Shown here: piece by piece, positions 45,745-58,075 of the stretch
Numbering within the stretch: the first letter of the stretch is position 1
Layout of the letters: each line of letters opens with the position of its first letter
Assembly: GCA_000002445.1 (NCBI GenBank)
Contig: CH464491.1
Location: 480,001-544,000, forward strand
Reading direction: 5' to 3'
DNA from: Trypanosoma brucei
Taxonomy: Eukaryota
Length of the DNA stretch: 64,000 nucleotides
Position numbers and translations under genes: made by a program
The notes under the pieces: model-generated
Databases searched by the model: none
Told to the model about the DNA's origin: nothing
The model's input: the letters and a program-made list of their open reading frames with translations, nothing else

Positions 45745-47865
45745 GGTATAGAACGCTCAGTGCCAATATCGGTCTCCGCAGTTGAAAAAAGGGGGTGTGC
45801 TGGCAGCCAAACCCGATAGAGGAATGAGAAACTAACGATTAGGTATATCGGCAGGTTGATAAACAACAAAGTGGGTGCTTACCGTCAGTGTTCTTGGGCC
45901 AAGCTACGAATGCAAAGAGAGGTTACGGCAACAAAGGGGAGAACAAGAGGAACGCCGTTGAAAACAGTGGAAAGGCAGACAAACATACCAGTGTGTAAAC
46001 GAAGACCTGCAATAAAAGAATGATCAGCTGTGCTGCCCCAAGGAAAAGAGTAATATAACTCCGATTCGTGCCCCACAGTATTACAGAGTAATAGCTTGAG
46101 AGTAATTAGTTGCCCCGGTCGGGCCTCCGTCACTGTTTTGGTACAACAAACTGACCACAAAGAAGCATGTGAAGAACACCCAGCAAATCGGTTGCCACAC
46201 CCCGTGGGCATAGCATCAGGCGATGACAGAGGCGAAGCATCGATATTAGTATTACAAACTTGCGGAAACGGCAACTGACACGAGGGTAGTAGCGTTAACT
46301 GCAGACGAACCTGTGTTTCAGCGCGAGCAGAAAAAGATAAAATTGGGTGCTATTTTAGTCCGGAAATGTGCCGGCGGTTACAAAAACGAAGTTAACGGTA
46401 ACATAACAGCGGGGATGCGAGGAACTACACACGCCTAAATCTCCGCGACCACAATCTAAGCGGCAAAGCAGAATTTAAGGAAGCCACGCCACATTCCTTC
46501 GTTTGACAACATTACATGCAGTCGGGTATCATTGTGCCTGCAGCCAATGTTCAGAGTAAAGAAGACCCCATCCCCACAGTGCCACAGCGCACCACCGCTA
46601 AGTGGAGTAATCTAAAAGAACCAAAGGCATCTAGAACTTTTCGTCGAGCCCAAGTTCTGCTGACTCGATCTTTGAAGAAGCAAGGGAGTGTAGTACCTAA
46701 ACTGTCAGCTTGTAAAAATAGGGAAGGACGTGAAACAGGAAAATAGGGGGAAAACGGCAGCTTTATATGTATATTGTCTCCGTTCCAACATTACTGGTGG
46801 GAGGGAAGTTAAAGTGGCGTGTCCATGCGGAGTGAGAGGCAAGGACAGAGACGGGTAAACATAGGAGAACAATTAAATAGAGGACTAGGAGCTGATAAGC
46901 AATTCTCATGTAATATATATAACAAAAGTCCTTGAGTACAAATTGAAAATGAATGAAAATGGGGGAAATGACGGAAAATTGTGATTCGCCTTCAGGAAAA
47001 AGGGGGTCCCGTACATGTCAAAGATTTTTGTGGTCGGTGCTCTTGGCCCCGTTTCTCTTCCCCCACCATCACTCATTCCCCTCCACACCTTTCCCTTTCC
47101 TCATCTTGGTAGGTATACAAATGAAATATTCGCATCTGTTTACTTGGTTCCTTACCTTCCCCTCCGATTCCTCAACACCTAAGATCACATTTTACCTCCG
47201 ACATCCCTTTACAGTCAGAGCAGTGCAATTCATAGGGGCTGTGGAGGAAACGAAAATTCGAACAAACGTTGCTTAATAATACATCACAAACAGACACTGT
47301 AGGGGTAGTTTTTCTCCCTCTTGACCTCCACTTCTTCTTCCACGTGATCATTTTCGTGAGTACTTCCGGAGCCGTTATCGCATTACTTTCCTGCTATTAC
47401 CTTATACAAGCGGCCACACAAAAAAAACACTTTTTGACCCATCAAAACCCTTCCCTCTGAGTCACAACATCCACGGCACGACACCCCCCCCCCATGCGCA
47501 ACGAAGATTGAACCACATCAGGGGGGGGGGGGGTAGATGAACCGACAAAAAGCAGGAAGGAGGGAAAATATAGTGTTGGCTTGGAAGGCAACGTACATCA
47601 AGGGTATTTCCTGCAGTCGGCTACACGAAATTTTTATAACCTTTTTCTACTTCTATCTGCAGCAACCACTCACAAAAAACCCTGCGCGGCTATTAACCAT
47701 TAATAACGCAACGTCACCCCTCTTCATTTTTGTATTTGGTGTCAGCACCTCAAAAAAAAAAGTCACGATGGCATCTACACTTTCTCTCCCTTCCGGACAA
47801 CCAGCGCCCAACCGAGAAAAAAAAGTATACTAAGTGAGATGGATTGCAGATACCCTTTCCCATCC

Positions 47866-49065
47866 CTACTGGCTTAGCTTTGAGCGGCCGTTGCGGGCGC
47901 TCATCTGGCGGAGTGCCTCTACTTCCTTCTCAATCTGCTTAATCTCCTGCTCTGTGGCCTCCTGCTCCACCTCCAGTTCCTTCCTCTGTGCGTTGGTATA
48001 CTTCTTGTGCTCCTTTCCGATCCGCTTCATCTCCTTCCGCACGTTCGCTGTCGTCCGGATGAGACCAGCAGCCCGTCTGTCCAGGTCGGAGATGTCCGAA
48101 TCGAGTAACTCCAAATGCGCGGAGCCATCAAAGTGGAGGCGTGAGAGAGAAATGATCTCTTTGCGCAACTGCTCGACAAGGTCTGCATCGACACGCTCCT
48201 CTTCCAGGCTCTCATCGCCCCCAACTGCATCACCTATCATCTCAATACGTCGTTCCAGTCTGGCGATCTGCGCTGCTCGGTGGCAAACAGACAAATCATT
48301 GACACGAACAGCCTCACGTTCCTTGTCAAGCTTGTAGAGTGCCACCGTACGGTCCGTCTCGGCGCTCTTGATGAGGGCCAACTCATCAACAGGTTTCTCC
48401 TTCTCCAGCAAGGCCTCCTTCCGACGCAGGAGGCGCCGCATCGCCGCCACCTCATCACGGATACTCTTCAATTCTGCCTGCTTCTCAGAAAGCTGGTTAA
48501 GTGCATTAGCGCGATCACTCTCTATGTTATCGGTTGTCGACAATTCGCTTACCATACTCGAGAGATAGTTGTTCTGCTTCTTGAGGGTCTCCTGAATAAC
48601 TTCGCGGTCCTGTAGTGCGTTCACGATATCGAGCCTCAGTTTGTTCTTCAGGGCAACCGCATCCGTCATCTCCCTTATGGTTGCCATAGTCTCGCCGCCA
48701 GTTAGCCCAATGATCCTTTTGAACTCGTTGTTCTCCTCTTCCGCTTGGGTCGTACGCACAGTGGCATCTTGAAGGGCGGCCTCGAGGTGACTCCGTTCGC
48801 GTAGGAGGCGCTCGCGCTCCTTCACCAACAAGTGAAGTTCCCCCGCTTTGTTATTCACTTCACCGACAGCCTCGATAGGGATGAAAATCGTGCGTCCCTT
48901 AAAATTCTTCGACAAAATCTTTCCCTGCTCGGATGAAAGAGTTAAAGACGAAAGCTCCTCGTTCTGATAGCGCCTGGCCCTCTCGAGGATTGCAACTTCA
49001 GAGCGCAACCTCCGGCATTCCTCTTCCACATTGACAAACGCTCTTGCTAACTCTGCTGTTTCCAT
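47866..49065 (-). CDS. Coiled-coil protein (399 aa), hypothetical.
   Basis: Heptad-rich sequence throughout, ATG at 49063-49065. Confidence 0.55.
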   Translation of the reverse strand: METAELARAFVNVEEECRRLRSEVAILERARRYQNEELSSLTLSSEQGKILSKNFKGRTIFIPIEAVGEVNNKAGELHLLVKERERLLRERSHLEAALQDATVRTTQAEEENNEFKRIIGLTGGETMATIREMTDAVALKNKLRLDIVNALQDREVIQETLKKQNNYLSSMVSELSTTDNIESDRANALNQLSEKQAELKSIRDEVAAMRRLLRRKEALLEKEKPVDELALIKSAETDRTVALYKLDKEREAVRVNDLSVCHRAAQIARLERRIEMIGDAVGGDESLEEERVDADLVEQLRKEIISLSRLHFDGSAHLELLDSDISDLDRRAAGLIRTTANVRKEMKRIGKEHKKYTNAQRKELEVEQEATEQEIKQIEKEVEALRQMSARNGRSKLSQ

Positions 49066-49688
49066 CTCCTTTTGTTAACCTTAGCCTTATTGTTACTTTC
49101 CCTAAGCACTTTAATTACAGTTTCTTTCCCTTTATAATCTTGTCCCTTCGCAGTTTTTTTTCTTTTTTGTTCCTCTTCTGTTAGACTCCGTGAACCGTTT
49201 GTGTTGTGTAAAATTGTACGTATAATATTTTATTCCCTATTTTTCCACCAAGCATTTGTCAAGAAAGAAAAATATAAACATACGTGTGTGCAACTTTTCA
49301 TTGTGTCCGAGTTCAATTTTCTTCGGATAGCAACCAGGAAAATGGGAATGGCAGTAGATATCGCCTTAAAACGTGCTAATTACTACCTTCTCCATTTGAA
49401 CCATAGCTGAAGCGCGCAGCGGCGCATGCAATGTTCGAATGCAGTGAAAAAACACCTGTAACGCTTCTGCAGACACAATGGTGAGAAGAATACTGCCAAA
49501 CAACAAAAAGGAGCTTCCCTCAACTTATCAACAGCCATGCCAAGACACACATGGCTGTACATCCTTACGCCCATAAGGGCAAAGCAACTCGATCGCATCA
49601 AAGGAAAACAAGCGAGGGAAGTCAAAAATGGTAACTAATTCAATACGGGGTTTACGCAGACACACATGTACTCACTAACTAGCCCGTG

Positions 49689-51176
49689 CTAGCCTGATTT
49701 AGGTGGATCCTCACACGATGGCGGAGGTTGCTTATCTGTCGCTCTCTCTCCCGATTCCTCAGGCTTGACCACCCCAGTGACATGCTGCCTAAAAACCTCC
49801 CTGGCTGCGCGCACTCCCCGCTTAAGGGATTCCCGCGCGTCGTCGTCATCGTGCAACTTGTGGATATCAACACAGACCCGTTCGGTACCCTCCCCCTTGT
49901 CAGAAAATCTCTTGGGTGGGGGTTTGGGGCCGTGGCCCGCTGTATGGGGAAACCTATAAATATCGTTCTCGAGTACGCCGTCCTCATGCACCTCAACACG
50001 ACTATCGTCGTTCAGTCCCTTGTTGTCACGAAGAACCGATGTGAATTGCTCATAATGACCCCGCGGATCTGTAAAACCTTTAGCGCCTTGCGCTCGAGAA
50101 AGAGAGAAGTTAAACTCTGCGGCCTCGCGCATTTGCTTTCGCGTTTGCTCTTCGTTGGCCGAAAGCCGTTCGTTGTACACAGGAACACCATGAATAGTGT
50201 CCACGGCACGCTTTATCCGTCGCGTCCGATCGAGCCACCATTGGAATTTAACCTGATTGACCCCATCTTTCCCGATGTCTGCTGCGTATATGTGACGATA
50301 TACCTGCTTTCTCGTACCATAGGGTTTCGGTTTGAGACATAGCTCTTCTGGCCTCTCAACGAGTTCCTCGTCAGTGAACACTGCTTCACCAGCCTCCAAC
50401 TGCTGCACACGACGCTCTTCCAGCAAGTCCTCCATCTCGTTGACAGTTGCTGCACGCTCCTTTCGCTTTCTCTCACGCAGGCTGGCACCCAACTCATCCA
50501 ACGTCTTTACCCCTCGTGTCCTGTTGGTGAGATACTGCTCCTCTTTCATAATCTCCTCCTCGCTATAGCCAATCTTGCGTAAAATTTCCGTTTCACGCGC
50601 CTTTTCAATCTGCTGTTTTCTTGCAGCGAGATGCGTGTTCGCATCATCAATGGACTTATGAAGTTTACCCTTGTAGTTACGATATTGTGTGCGTGGCAAC
50701 TCCACGGTGTCAAGCACGTCCTGTAGCGTGCTCTTCTCCAGCTTCGTGAACTCCACGAGTGCGTCAACGCCTTTGCTCCGCTGCTCTGGGGCCAGTACCC
50801 ACTTGAGATCCTCATCGTCAATACGACCACGCACAAGAGCATATGGTTCAAACTTATCACGCTCCCACGAGAGGGGAAGATTACCTGTGATGATGACCTG
50901 ATCAGTCCGCTGATTGTCCACCATTTCCATGTACGTGTTGAGGTACCACCGGGGAGCGGTGTGGTCGGTGAGCTCCGTGCTGCTGGCGTCCTTTGACGTC
51001 TCAACGTACATCAGAGGTTCAGTGTTGACATCATCAAGGCGTTTGTTGATACCCTTCGCCGTAAATTCCGGTTTCTGAAACTGTCGCTCAACCGGTGTGG
51101 AGTCGACACGAGGAAGCTGCTTAGCCACATACCTTACCGGGGCCTCGCGAGCGGGTTTACTCCGCGCAGCGCCCAT
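49689..51176 (-). CDS. Hypothetical protein (495 aa) with the N-terminus MGAARSK, which matches the N-myristoylation consensus.
   Basis: ATG at 51174-51176. A C13 tract lies about 70 nt upstream on the coding strand (polypyrimidine tract), with AG dinucleotides before the ATG. Confidence 0.55.
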   Translation of the reverse strand: MGAARSKPAREAPVRYVAKQLPRVDSTPVERQFQKPEFTAKGINKRLDDVNTEPLMYVETSKDASSTELTDHTAPRWYLNTYMEMVDNQRTDQVIITGNLPLSWERDKFEPYALVRGRIDDEDLKWVLAPEQRSKGVDALVEFTKLEKSTLQDVLDTVELPRTQYRNYKGKLHKSIDDANTHLAARKQQIEKARETEILRKIGYSEEEIMKEEQYLTNRTRGVKTLDELGASLRERKRKERAATVNEMEDLLEERRVQQLEAGEAVFTDEELVERPEELCLKPKPYGTRKQVYRHIYAADIGKDGVNQVKFQWWLDRTRRIKRAVDTIHGVPVYNERLSANEEQTRKQMREAAEFNFSLSRAQGAKGFTDPRGHYEQFTSVLRDNKGLNDDSRVEVHEDGVLENDIYRFPHTAGHGPKPPPKRFSDKGEGTERVCVDIHKLHDDDDARESLKRGVRAAREVFRQHVTGVVKPEESGERATDKQPPPSCEDPPKSG

Positions 51177-51246
51177 TCAGCTCTTCCCCGACAGCGATAC
51201 ACGGCTGCGCGAACCTACACAAAGCCACACCACAAATTTGATGATC

Positions 51247-51259
51247 GGGGGGGGGGGGG
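51247..51259. promoter_or_regulatory. G13 homopolymer (C13 on the coding strand): a polypyrimidine tract about 70 nt upstream of the ATG of the 49689-51176 gene, and a likely trans-splice acceptor signal.
   Basis: Directly visible. Downstream AG dinucleotides precede the ATG. Interpretation relies on established kinetoplastid mRNA-processing signals. Confidence 0.4.
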
Positions 51260-52602
51260 AAGTGCGAGATATGCTCAAAACGAAAAACAGTTTTACAATA
51301 TGTTAATGTTTAAGTTGTTGCTAATGTCAACGATCGAAACGGCATCCACTCCACCGTGAACCCTAGGAGAGGCGGCAACTAACGGATTTTGGACGCCCAA
51401 TGTACCAAAGCTATTGCCGAAAAGATGAACCACACTTCCACATCTGGCAACTCGTCAAGAATGTTTTGGCGCCCTGAAATCCATTTACCGCTCTTCACCA
51501 CAACCGACCAAGCCGCCTCACCCCATTACCCTCAGCAGCTCGCCCGGTAACGCACAGAAAGATTAGTAATAATCGCATGCGGACATCACTCACACCAGTC
51601 AACTACGAGATTCAGAGTACCTGCAAACGCCCACTTCCCCACAGAGATACGTCCCAGATTCATGTGCATACGCGCTAACACACAAAAACCAAGACACATT
51701 AACAGTCAGCGCTTCCTACTTTTCCGAACGCAACAAAAGAACCGAAAATAATTCGAATGGTCCATGGTGCGACAACGAAAGGAAGTAACATCTAAATAAA
51801 AAACAGAAAACAGTGACAACGGACCGATGCCGCAACAAATGCAAAGACACAAAACACGATCCCTTCATAGTGCAATAATTAGTTCATGCAACACAGGACG
51901 CCCAAAAATAAAAACTACGTGCGCTCATTCATCGTATCTGCAAGTGACAATAAGTAGCAAATAAATTTTCCTAAACTACAGATCACAATCCTAAATAATT
52001 ATATCGAAAAGACACAATTAAACACTACTCCAAATTCGACCAGCACGAAGAGTCTATCGCAAATGAACTACCGCGATGATACAATCCACGAGACAGCTAT
52101 CCACCGCAGTGCAGTCACCACTCCACTAAAAACGTTACACAATAACAAAAAACACCGCGCTACTGATACCTTCCCCTGGCACAAGGGAAGTGAAAGATGT
52201 CAGGCATCGAAGCACAACCTCATAACACAACACTTATTCCTATCCCTTGACAAGAAAAAAAAAAGAAAATGGGCATTACACAAAACTAGATCAGCAACAG
52301 AAAGAACATACAGTAATCCCATTGGACCAAAACCATACACAGGCAGTTAATATAGCCACACATCAGGATGATATGCTCTTTGCAACGCTACGACACCAAC
52401 ACCGCATGGCGGTACATAAGACGCAACCCACAAACGAAACATATCCAATAAAAACGGTAGAAGGGAACTAAACAAGTAAGATAGGAAAAATCTAACTCCG
52501 TCCTTGACGGGCGCACAAGTACCTTCTGAAACGTGTGACAGCTTTCTCCCACACTCAGGTAAACCTCATAGCGTGTCTAATAGCGGGCAGCAGCGGATGC
52601 GC

Positions 52603-52833
52603 TCACGCCTTCTTAGCGGCGGCCTTCTTGCCGGCAACCTTCTTCGGGGCAACCTTTTTGGCGACAACCTTCTTGGCTAAAGGTTTCTTGGCAACAGCCT
52701 TTTTGGGAGCAGCCTTCTTAGCGACAGCCTTCTTTGGAGCACCCTTCTTAGCGACAGCCTTCTTTGGAGCAGCCTTTTTGGGGGCTGCCTTCTTGGCCAC
52801 AGCTTTCTTGGGAGCAGCAGATGCCTTCGCCAT
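52603..52833 (-). CDS. H1: Histone H1, copy 3 (76 aa).
   Basis: [15 protein letters not shown].... Almost identical to copy 1, including the flanks. Confidence 0.85.
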   Translation of the reverse strand: MAKASAAPKKAVAKKAAPKKAAPKKAVAKKGAPKKAVAKKAAPKKAVAKKPLAKKVVAKKVAPKKVAGKKAAAKKA

Positions 52834-53258
52834 ACTTCCGAGTGTTGATAAGATTGCGACTTCTTCCACAGGGAGAAAGAGAAAAATGAAAGCAAAATAA
52901 AATGAATGTGAAAGAACATGAGAATACAATGAGTTTGGAGGAAATAAGCGGAAAGGGAAAAGACCTACAGTAATACTATTGGACCACAACCATACACAGG
53001 CAGTTAGTATAGCCACACATCAGGATGATATGCTCTTTGCAACGCTACGACACCAACACCGCATGGCGGTACATAAGACGCAACCCACAAACGAAACATA
53101 TCCAATAAAAAAATGAAAAAGAAATAAAAAAGTAAGATAGGAAAAATCTAACTCCGTCCTGGAGAGACGCACGAGGACGTCCTGAAACGTGTGACAGCTT
53201 TCTCCCACACTCAGGTAAACCTCATAGCGTGTCTAATAGCGGGCAGCAGCGGATGCGC

Positions 53259-53474
53259 TCACGCCTTCTTAGCGGCGGCCTTCTTGCCGGCAACCTTCTT
53301 CGGGGCAACCTTTTTGGGAGCGGCCTTCTTGGCGACAGCTTTCTTGGGAGCAGCCTTCTTAGCGACAGCCTTCTTTGGAGCACCCTTCTTAGCGACAGCC
53401 TTCTTTGGAGCAGCCTTTTTGGGGGCTGCCTTCTTGGCCACAGCTTTCTTGGGAGCAGCAGATGCCTTCGCCAT
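53259..53474 (-). CDS. H1: Histone H1, copy 4 (71 aa; one AKKAA unit shorter).
   Basis: Same N- and C-termini. The repeat number differs by 15 nt. Confidence 0.8.
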   Translation of the reverse strand: MAKASAAPKKAVAKKAAPKKAAPKKAVAKKGAPKKAVAKKAAPKKAVAKKAAPKKVAPKKVAGKKAAAKKA

Positions 53475-53899
53475 ACTTCCGAGTGTTGATAAGATTGCGA
53501 CTTCTTCCACAGGGAGAAAGAGAAAAATGAAAGCAAAATAAAATGAATGTGAAAGAACATGAGAATACAATGAGTTTAGAGTAAATAAGCGGAAAGGAAA
53601 AAGACCTACAGTAATACTATTGGACCAAAACCATACACAGGCAGTTAAAATAGCCACACATCAGGATGATATGCTCTTTGCAACGCTACGACACCAACAC
53701 CGCATGGCGGTACATAAGACGCAACCCACAAATGAAAATATCCAATAAAAACGGTAGAAGGGAACTAAATAAGTAAGATAGGAAAAATCTAACTCCGTCC
53801 TGGAGGGACGCACGAGGACGTCCTGAAACGTGTGACAGCTTTCTCCCACACTCAGGTAAACCTCATAGCGTGTCTAATAGCGGGCAGCAGCGGATGCGC

Positions 53900-54130
53900 T
53901 CACGCCTTCTTAGCGGCGGCCTTCTTGCCGGCAACCTTCTTCGGGGCAACCTTTTTGGGAGCGGCCTTCTTGGCTAAAGGTTTCTTGGCAACAGCCTTTT
54001 TGGGAGCAGCCTTCTTAGCGACAGCCTTCTTTGGAGCAGCCTTCTTAGCGACAGCCTTCTTAGGAGCAGCCTTTTTGGGGGCTGCCTTCTTAGCCACAGC
54101 TTTCTTGGGGGCAGCAGTTGTCTTCGCCAT
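53900..54130 (-). CDS. H1: Histone H1, copy 5 (76 aa; N-terminus MAKTTAAPKK, unique 5' flank).
   Basis: Listed directly in the ORF track. Same repeat body as the others. Confidence 0.85.
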   Translation of the reverse strand: MAKTTAAPKKAVAKKAAPKKAAPKKAVAKKAAPKKAVAKKAAPKKAVAKKPLAKKAAPKKVAPKKVAGKKAAAKKA

Positions 54131-54371
54131 ATTTTATTTTCCTTTCTACTTTCCTATGAAATGTTTTGGTCGAGAAAATAGTTTGAATTAATTTAATTAG
54201 GGTAATGGAGTGTTGTTTATACACATATATCTCCTTCTCTATTTTTTTTCCTTCATTACAGCATTTGGGTTAAGTTTTTTTTGGTAGTGATCTTCCGGGA
54301 CAATCAGGTGAGGTGCCTAAATTTGTGGTCGACGGAAAATTACCAAAAGTGTCCTCTGACTGTTGCTTTGT

Positions 54372-55352
54372 TTAGTTCTCGTTATCGTATGTCTCGATTA
54401 TGTCGTGAGACGGCCAAATACGAGCCATACCATCTTCTGCGCCGGAGGTAAATGATTTACCGTCTGGTGCCCAGCGTATATGAAAAATAGGACCATGGTG
54501 GCCCCTGTGGGACTCCAACTCAGTCCCGTCAACAGTGAACTCTTTTGCCTTTAGCTTTGATCCCGCAGCCACGTTTTGCCCGTTGGGAGAAAGCGATGCG
54601 CATTCGATATCGTCACTCGTTGTAAAGGAGCTCTTGATTTCTAGCGACGTAGTGTCTATGAAAGATATGCTCTTCTCATGGGCCGCCACAATGCTGTTGG
54701 AATGGGTGTACTCGAGGAAATTGAGGCCGGGAATCTCTTTCCTTAAGTATGGCAACGAAGTATCCCGAAGATCCCACTTCATAATAGTATTTTCGCATGC
54801 TGTAACCATTGTTGTGTGATCAATGAAGTACGTCGCCTTCACTTGATTAACCTTCTCGGTGCTGTCGAAACAAACAGGATTGGCATCGTAGGCTTGAGCG
54901 TCAAAAATGCGGACCAAGCCATCAACGCACCCCGTTGCGATTTTGTTGCCACACCAATCGCAGGACTTAATATACTTTGGATGGCTCCATGTATGTAGCT
55001 TATCCCCGGTCACGGCATTCCACACCATCGAGGAATAATCACCGCTTCCGGTAACCAATCTTGTGGCGTCCTCATTGAAGACCGAACAGTACACAGCACC
55101 CTTGTGCCCTTCGAATGTCCCAACCCAATCTCCAGTTTCTCCGTTACGCAACATAGGCTTAGCGTCGTGACATGACGTCACAAGCCAGAAGGTCCCGTCG
55201 ATGATGTTGCTATAGTTAATATGACATATTGGCCTCGTGTGCCCAGAGCAGATTTTCACCTTGGTTATATCGGCATTGGTGGCTGAAGGTGCCAACGAGT
55301 CTTTTTTCTGTGTTGCTGGTGTTTTTTCGGATCCCGAATGTCTGTTGTTCAT
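54372..55352 (-). CDS. STRAP: WD40-repeat protein, serine-threonine kinase receptor-associated protein (STRAP/UNRIP) homolog.
   Basis: Colinear with human STRAP (CSGHTRP, ...SCHDAKPMLRNGETGDWVGTFEGHKGAVY, ESHRGHHGPIFHIRWAPDG...SGAEDG). Confidence 0.75.
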   Translation of the reverse strand: MNNRHSGSEKTPATQKKDSLAPSATNADITKVKICSGHTRPICHINYSNIIDGTFWLVTSCHDAKPMLRNGETGDWVGTFEGHKGAVYCSVFNEDATRLVTGSGDYSSMVWNAVTGDKLHTWSHPKYIKSCDWCGNKIATGCVDGLVRIFDAQAYDANPVCFDSTEKVNQVKATYFIDHTTMVTACENTIMKWDLRDTSLPYLRKEIPGLNFLEYTHSNSIVAAHEKSISFIDTTSLEIKSSFTTSDDIECASLSPNGQNVAAGSKLKAKEFTVDGTELESHRGHHGPIFHIRWAPDGKSFTSGAEDGMARIWPSHDIIETYDNEN

Positions 55353-55948
55353 TTTCCTTCCTATTCCAGGATACTTACGAGCACTGTTTTTTTTTCCTGT
55401 TGCAAGTGATAGACAACTACACTGTCCCCTCTGGGTAATAGTATCTTGTGTGAGAAGAAGCCTTTAGTGAGACAGAAATTGTTTTCCCCTTTACTCGGAG
55501 GTAAGAAAGGAAGAAACTGACGACACCCTACAAAAACACGCAGTGCTGTTGTAACCGTTGTTGAAAAGACGTGAGAAACAAATATTTTCACTAAACGTGT
55601 AAAGAAAAAACCTTTTAACAACAAAAAATCGACTCCGCTGGTTCTGTTTCCCTCTCTTATATTGGCTTCCCTCACACTTAAGTTTCAATATCTCTCCTAC
55701 CATTAAGCTTCCCCCATCTATAATTATGTGTTAAAGTTACGTTCTCAAAATGACGGGACGGAAATGTACAGCTCCACTTTTCACGGTAAAACGCGATGGG
55801 TTGGTGAGTCCTCCCGCGGTTTCCAACACACATTTCGCATTCGCATACCTTTGACCCCCCGTCTTCTACCTATGAATGCTTCGCCGACAAATGCTAGTAA
55901 CGATTAATAAATAAAATCTTTTTCATTTGGCAACACTGCTCATTTGCT

Positions 55949-57538
55949 TCATTGAGTCCGTTTGCGTGGCACAGCCCGAAGGATGTCATCAACGCGAAGT
56001 ATCATTTCAGCAGCCTCAGCAGCGTAGCCCAAGACAGAACTTTTAACCTTGAACGACTCAGTGATCCCAAGGGCCTTGACGTCAGCAACATCGCCCTTTA
56101 CAACATCGATCCCAAATGTATTACGACCTTGATAGTGCTCCGCCTGCAAGCGAGTGATCAGATCATTACTGTCAAGCCCCGCATTATCGGCGATGATGGA
56201 TGGGATCATCCGGAGTGCGTTAGCAAAGGCAATCATCGCGAGCTGCTTCTTTCCTGGTGTTGTTTTGGCCCTTTCCTCAACAGCGCGTGCCATGACAAAT
56301 TCAGAGCACCCAGCGCCCAGCACCGTCCTCGTTTCACCGATGGTTTGTGAAATAACACAGAGTGCATCGTGGATGGAACGCTCAGCTTCATCTAAAATGT
56401 GCTGCGACATTCCGCGAACCACAATCGTACATGCTTCGCCCTTGGGGAGACCAGAGAACCGTATAACGGTGCTCTCACCGATCATAATTTCGTCAATCCT
56501 CTTTGCAAAGCCATACTTGACATTCTGAGACTCGTCAAACTGTGAAAGCACGTCGGCACCCAGTGCCTTGGCAAGTCGTTCAATCCCCTCAAAATCAGCG
56601 TGTTCAATTGCCATAATTCCGTGCTGGGCAAAGATTTCTTCGGGATAATTGTAGATAAGTTGGCGGTTAATGAAGCAGTTGATATTGTGCTTTATTATCT
56701 TCATACACTTGTTTTTCATCTTTTCCTTCTCTGAAGCTTCAACTTCCGCCAACTGCGACACACTTTCCACTCGAACTTTGGCTCCAAAAATCTTGATTTT
56801 GTCGGTGTCCATGGGAGTGTTCGCTACCAGAATCTTAGCGTCCTCTAGGAAACGCGGTTGGCCGACACCAATTTTTTTATCGAGTAAGAAACCAGGTTCA
56901 AGGTAGCTGTCACGGAGGGTTCCCCCCAATTTTTTCATTATATTAATCATTTCAAGGTTACCACTTCCCTTTAAGCGAAGAACAGCGTCTACACAAAGCT
57001 TGGCGAAGTGCTCCTTTTCCACAGTAATAATTTTAGAACTCAGAGTCGTTTTGGCAATCCTGATCAAGTCGTCATAGAACAACTTCTCGTCACTACCGTG
57101 GTCTTCAGCGGAGGCAACCAGTGCCTCACGTGCAACTTGCGTAGCTAGACGGTATCCTTCGATGATCGTTTGAGGGTGAATCGATTGGTCTAGCAGTTTC
57201 TCAGCGTTTCGAAGAAGTTCACCGGCGAGAACGGTCACACTCGTGGTTCCATCACCAACTTCGTCATCCTGGGTCTTACTCATGTCAATGAGAATTTTTC
57301 CTGCTGGGTTATCCATGAAGAGGGACTTGAGTATAGTAGCACCATCATTGGTCACACGTACTCCCTGAGACCGATCCATGCCTTGAAGAATCTTGTCCAT
57401 TCCCTTTGGTCCAAGGGTCGTTTTCACAATATCGGCAACCGATACGGCACCCATAATATTCATGAGGCGGGCACGCTCACCCTTCTCCTCTGAAGCTCCG
57501 TCACGGAGCACCTGCTGAGCTTGGTTAGCGAAAAGCAT
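55949..57538 (-). CDS. CCT2: T-complex protein 1 (CCT/TRiC chaperonin) beta subunit.
   Basis: Near-full-length colinearity with CCT-beta ([70 protein letters not shown]). The track start is TTG and the first ATG is at 57536-57538. Confidence 0.9.
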   Translation of the reverse strand: MLFANQAQQVLRDGASEEKGERARLMNIMGAVSVADIVKTTLGPKGMDKILQGMDRSQGVRVTNDGATILKSLFMDNPAGKILIDMSKTQDDEVGDGTTSVTVLAGELLRNAEKLLDQSIHPQTIIEGYRLATQVAREALVASAEDHGSDEKLFYDDLIRIAKTTLSSKIITVEKEHFAKLCVDAVLRLKGSGNLEMINIMKKLGGTLRDSYLEPGFLLDKKIGVGQPRFLEDAKILVANTPMDTDKIKIFGAKVRVESVSQLAEVEASEKEKMKNKCMKIIKHNINCFINRQLIYNYPEEIFAQHGIMAIEHADFEGIERLAKALGADVLSQFDESQNVKYGFAKRIDEIMIGESTVIRFSGLPKGEACTIVVRGMSQHILDEAERSIHDALCVISQTIGETRTVLGAGCSEFVMARAVEERAKTTPGKKQLAMIAFANALRMIPSIIADNAGLDSNDLITRLQAEHYQGRNTFGIDVVKGDVADVKALGITESFKVKSSVLGYAAEAAEMILRVDDILRAVPRKRTQ

Positions 57539-58075
57539 TATTGTTTTCTCTTGTATCAACTATTCTACATATAGTGGATCGAAGCATGAATGTTTAGTGT
57601 GACTTCAAATGCACAAGGATGTGTCCCCCGTTTTCCAATACGGTGGCGAAGACCCTTCCAGGAAAAAAGGAAATGATTTACATAACCACTTAGTCCAATA
57701 TGCTACAAGCACCGCACCCAGTGGCATGTTCCCCTGTCAAGCAGCATAGTCGCAACAATCGTTTCGGACCGCCACTAGCATTGCGGTCCTTCAACTTCAT
57801 TTTCACAGAGAGAATAAAAGACAAAGAATGGTCACCACTTGACAAAATAATCTCTCGTTTGCAGAGTGGCAAATACACTCAAAACGCAACACCTCGGTAA
57901 ATAGTTTTAGCCAGATGATGTTGACACTTAAATATGTCGAGACACTCATTCGTGTTCTATTTCACACAGTTGTTCATGAGCAAATACAACCGACTGTAGG
58001 ACCAAAATGATCCACCTCAACTAGATTTATTAGCTTCTATCAATCTAACTGTCGCGGTAGATTTTGTAGAGCCAA

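Larger units (their letters stand above)
52290..54135. repeat. Tandem histone H1 array 2: three units with a period of about 640-656 bp.
   Basis: CDS starts are spaced 656 and 641 bp apart and the flanks are near-identical to array 1. Confidence 0.85.
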
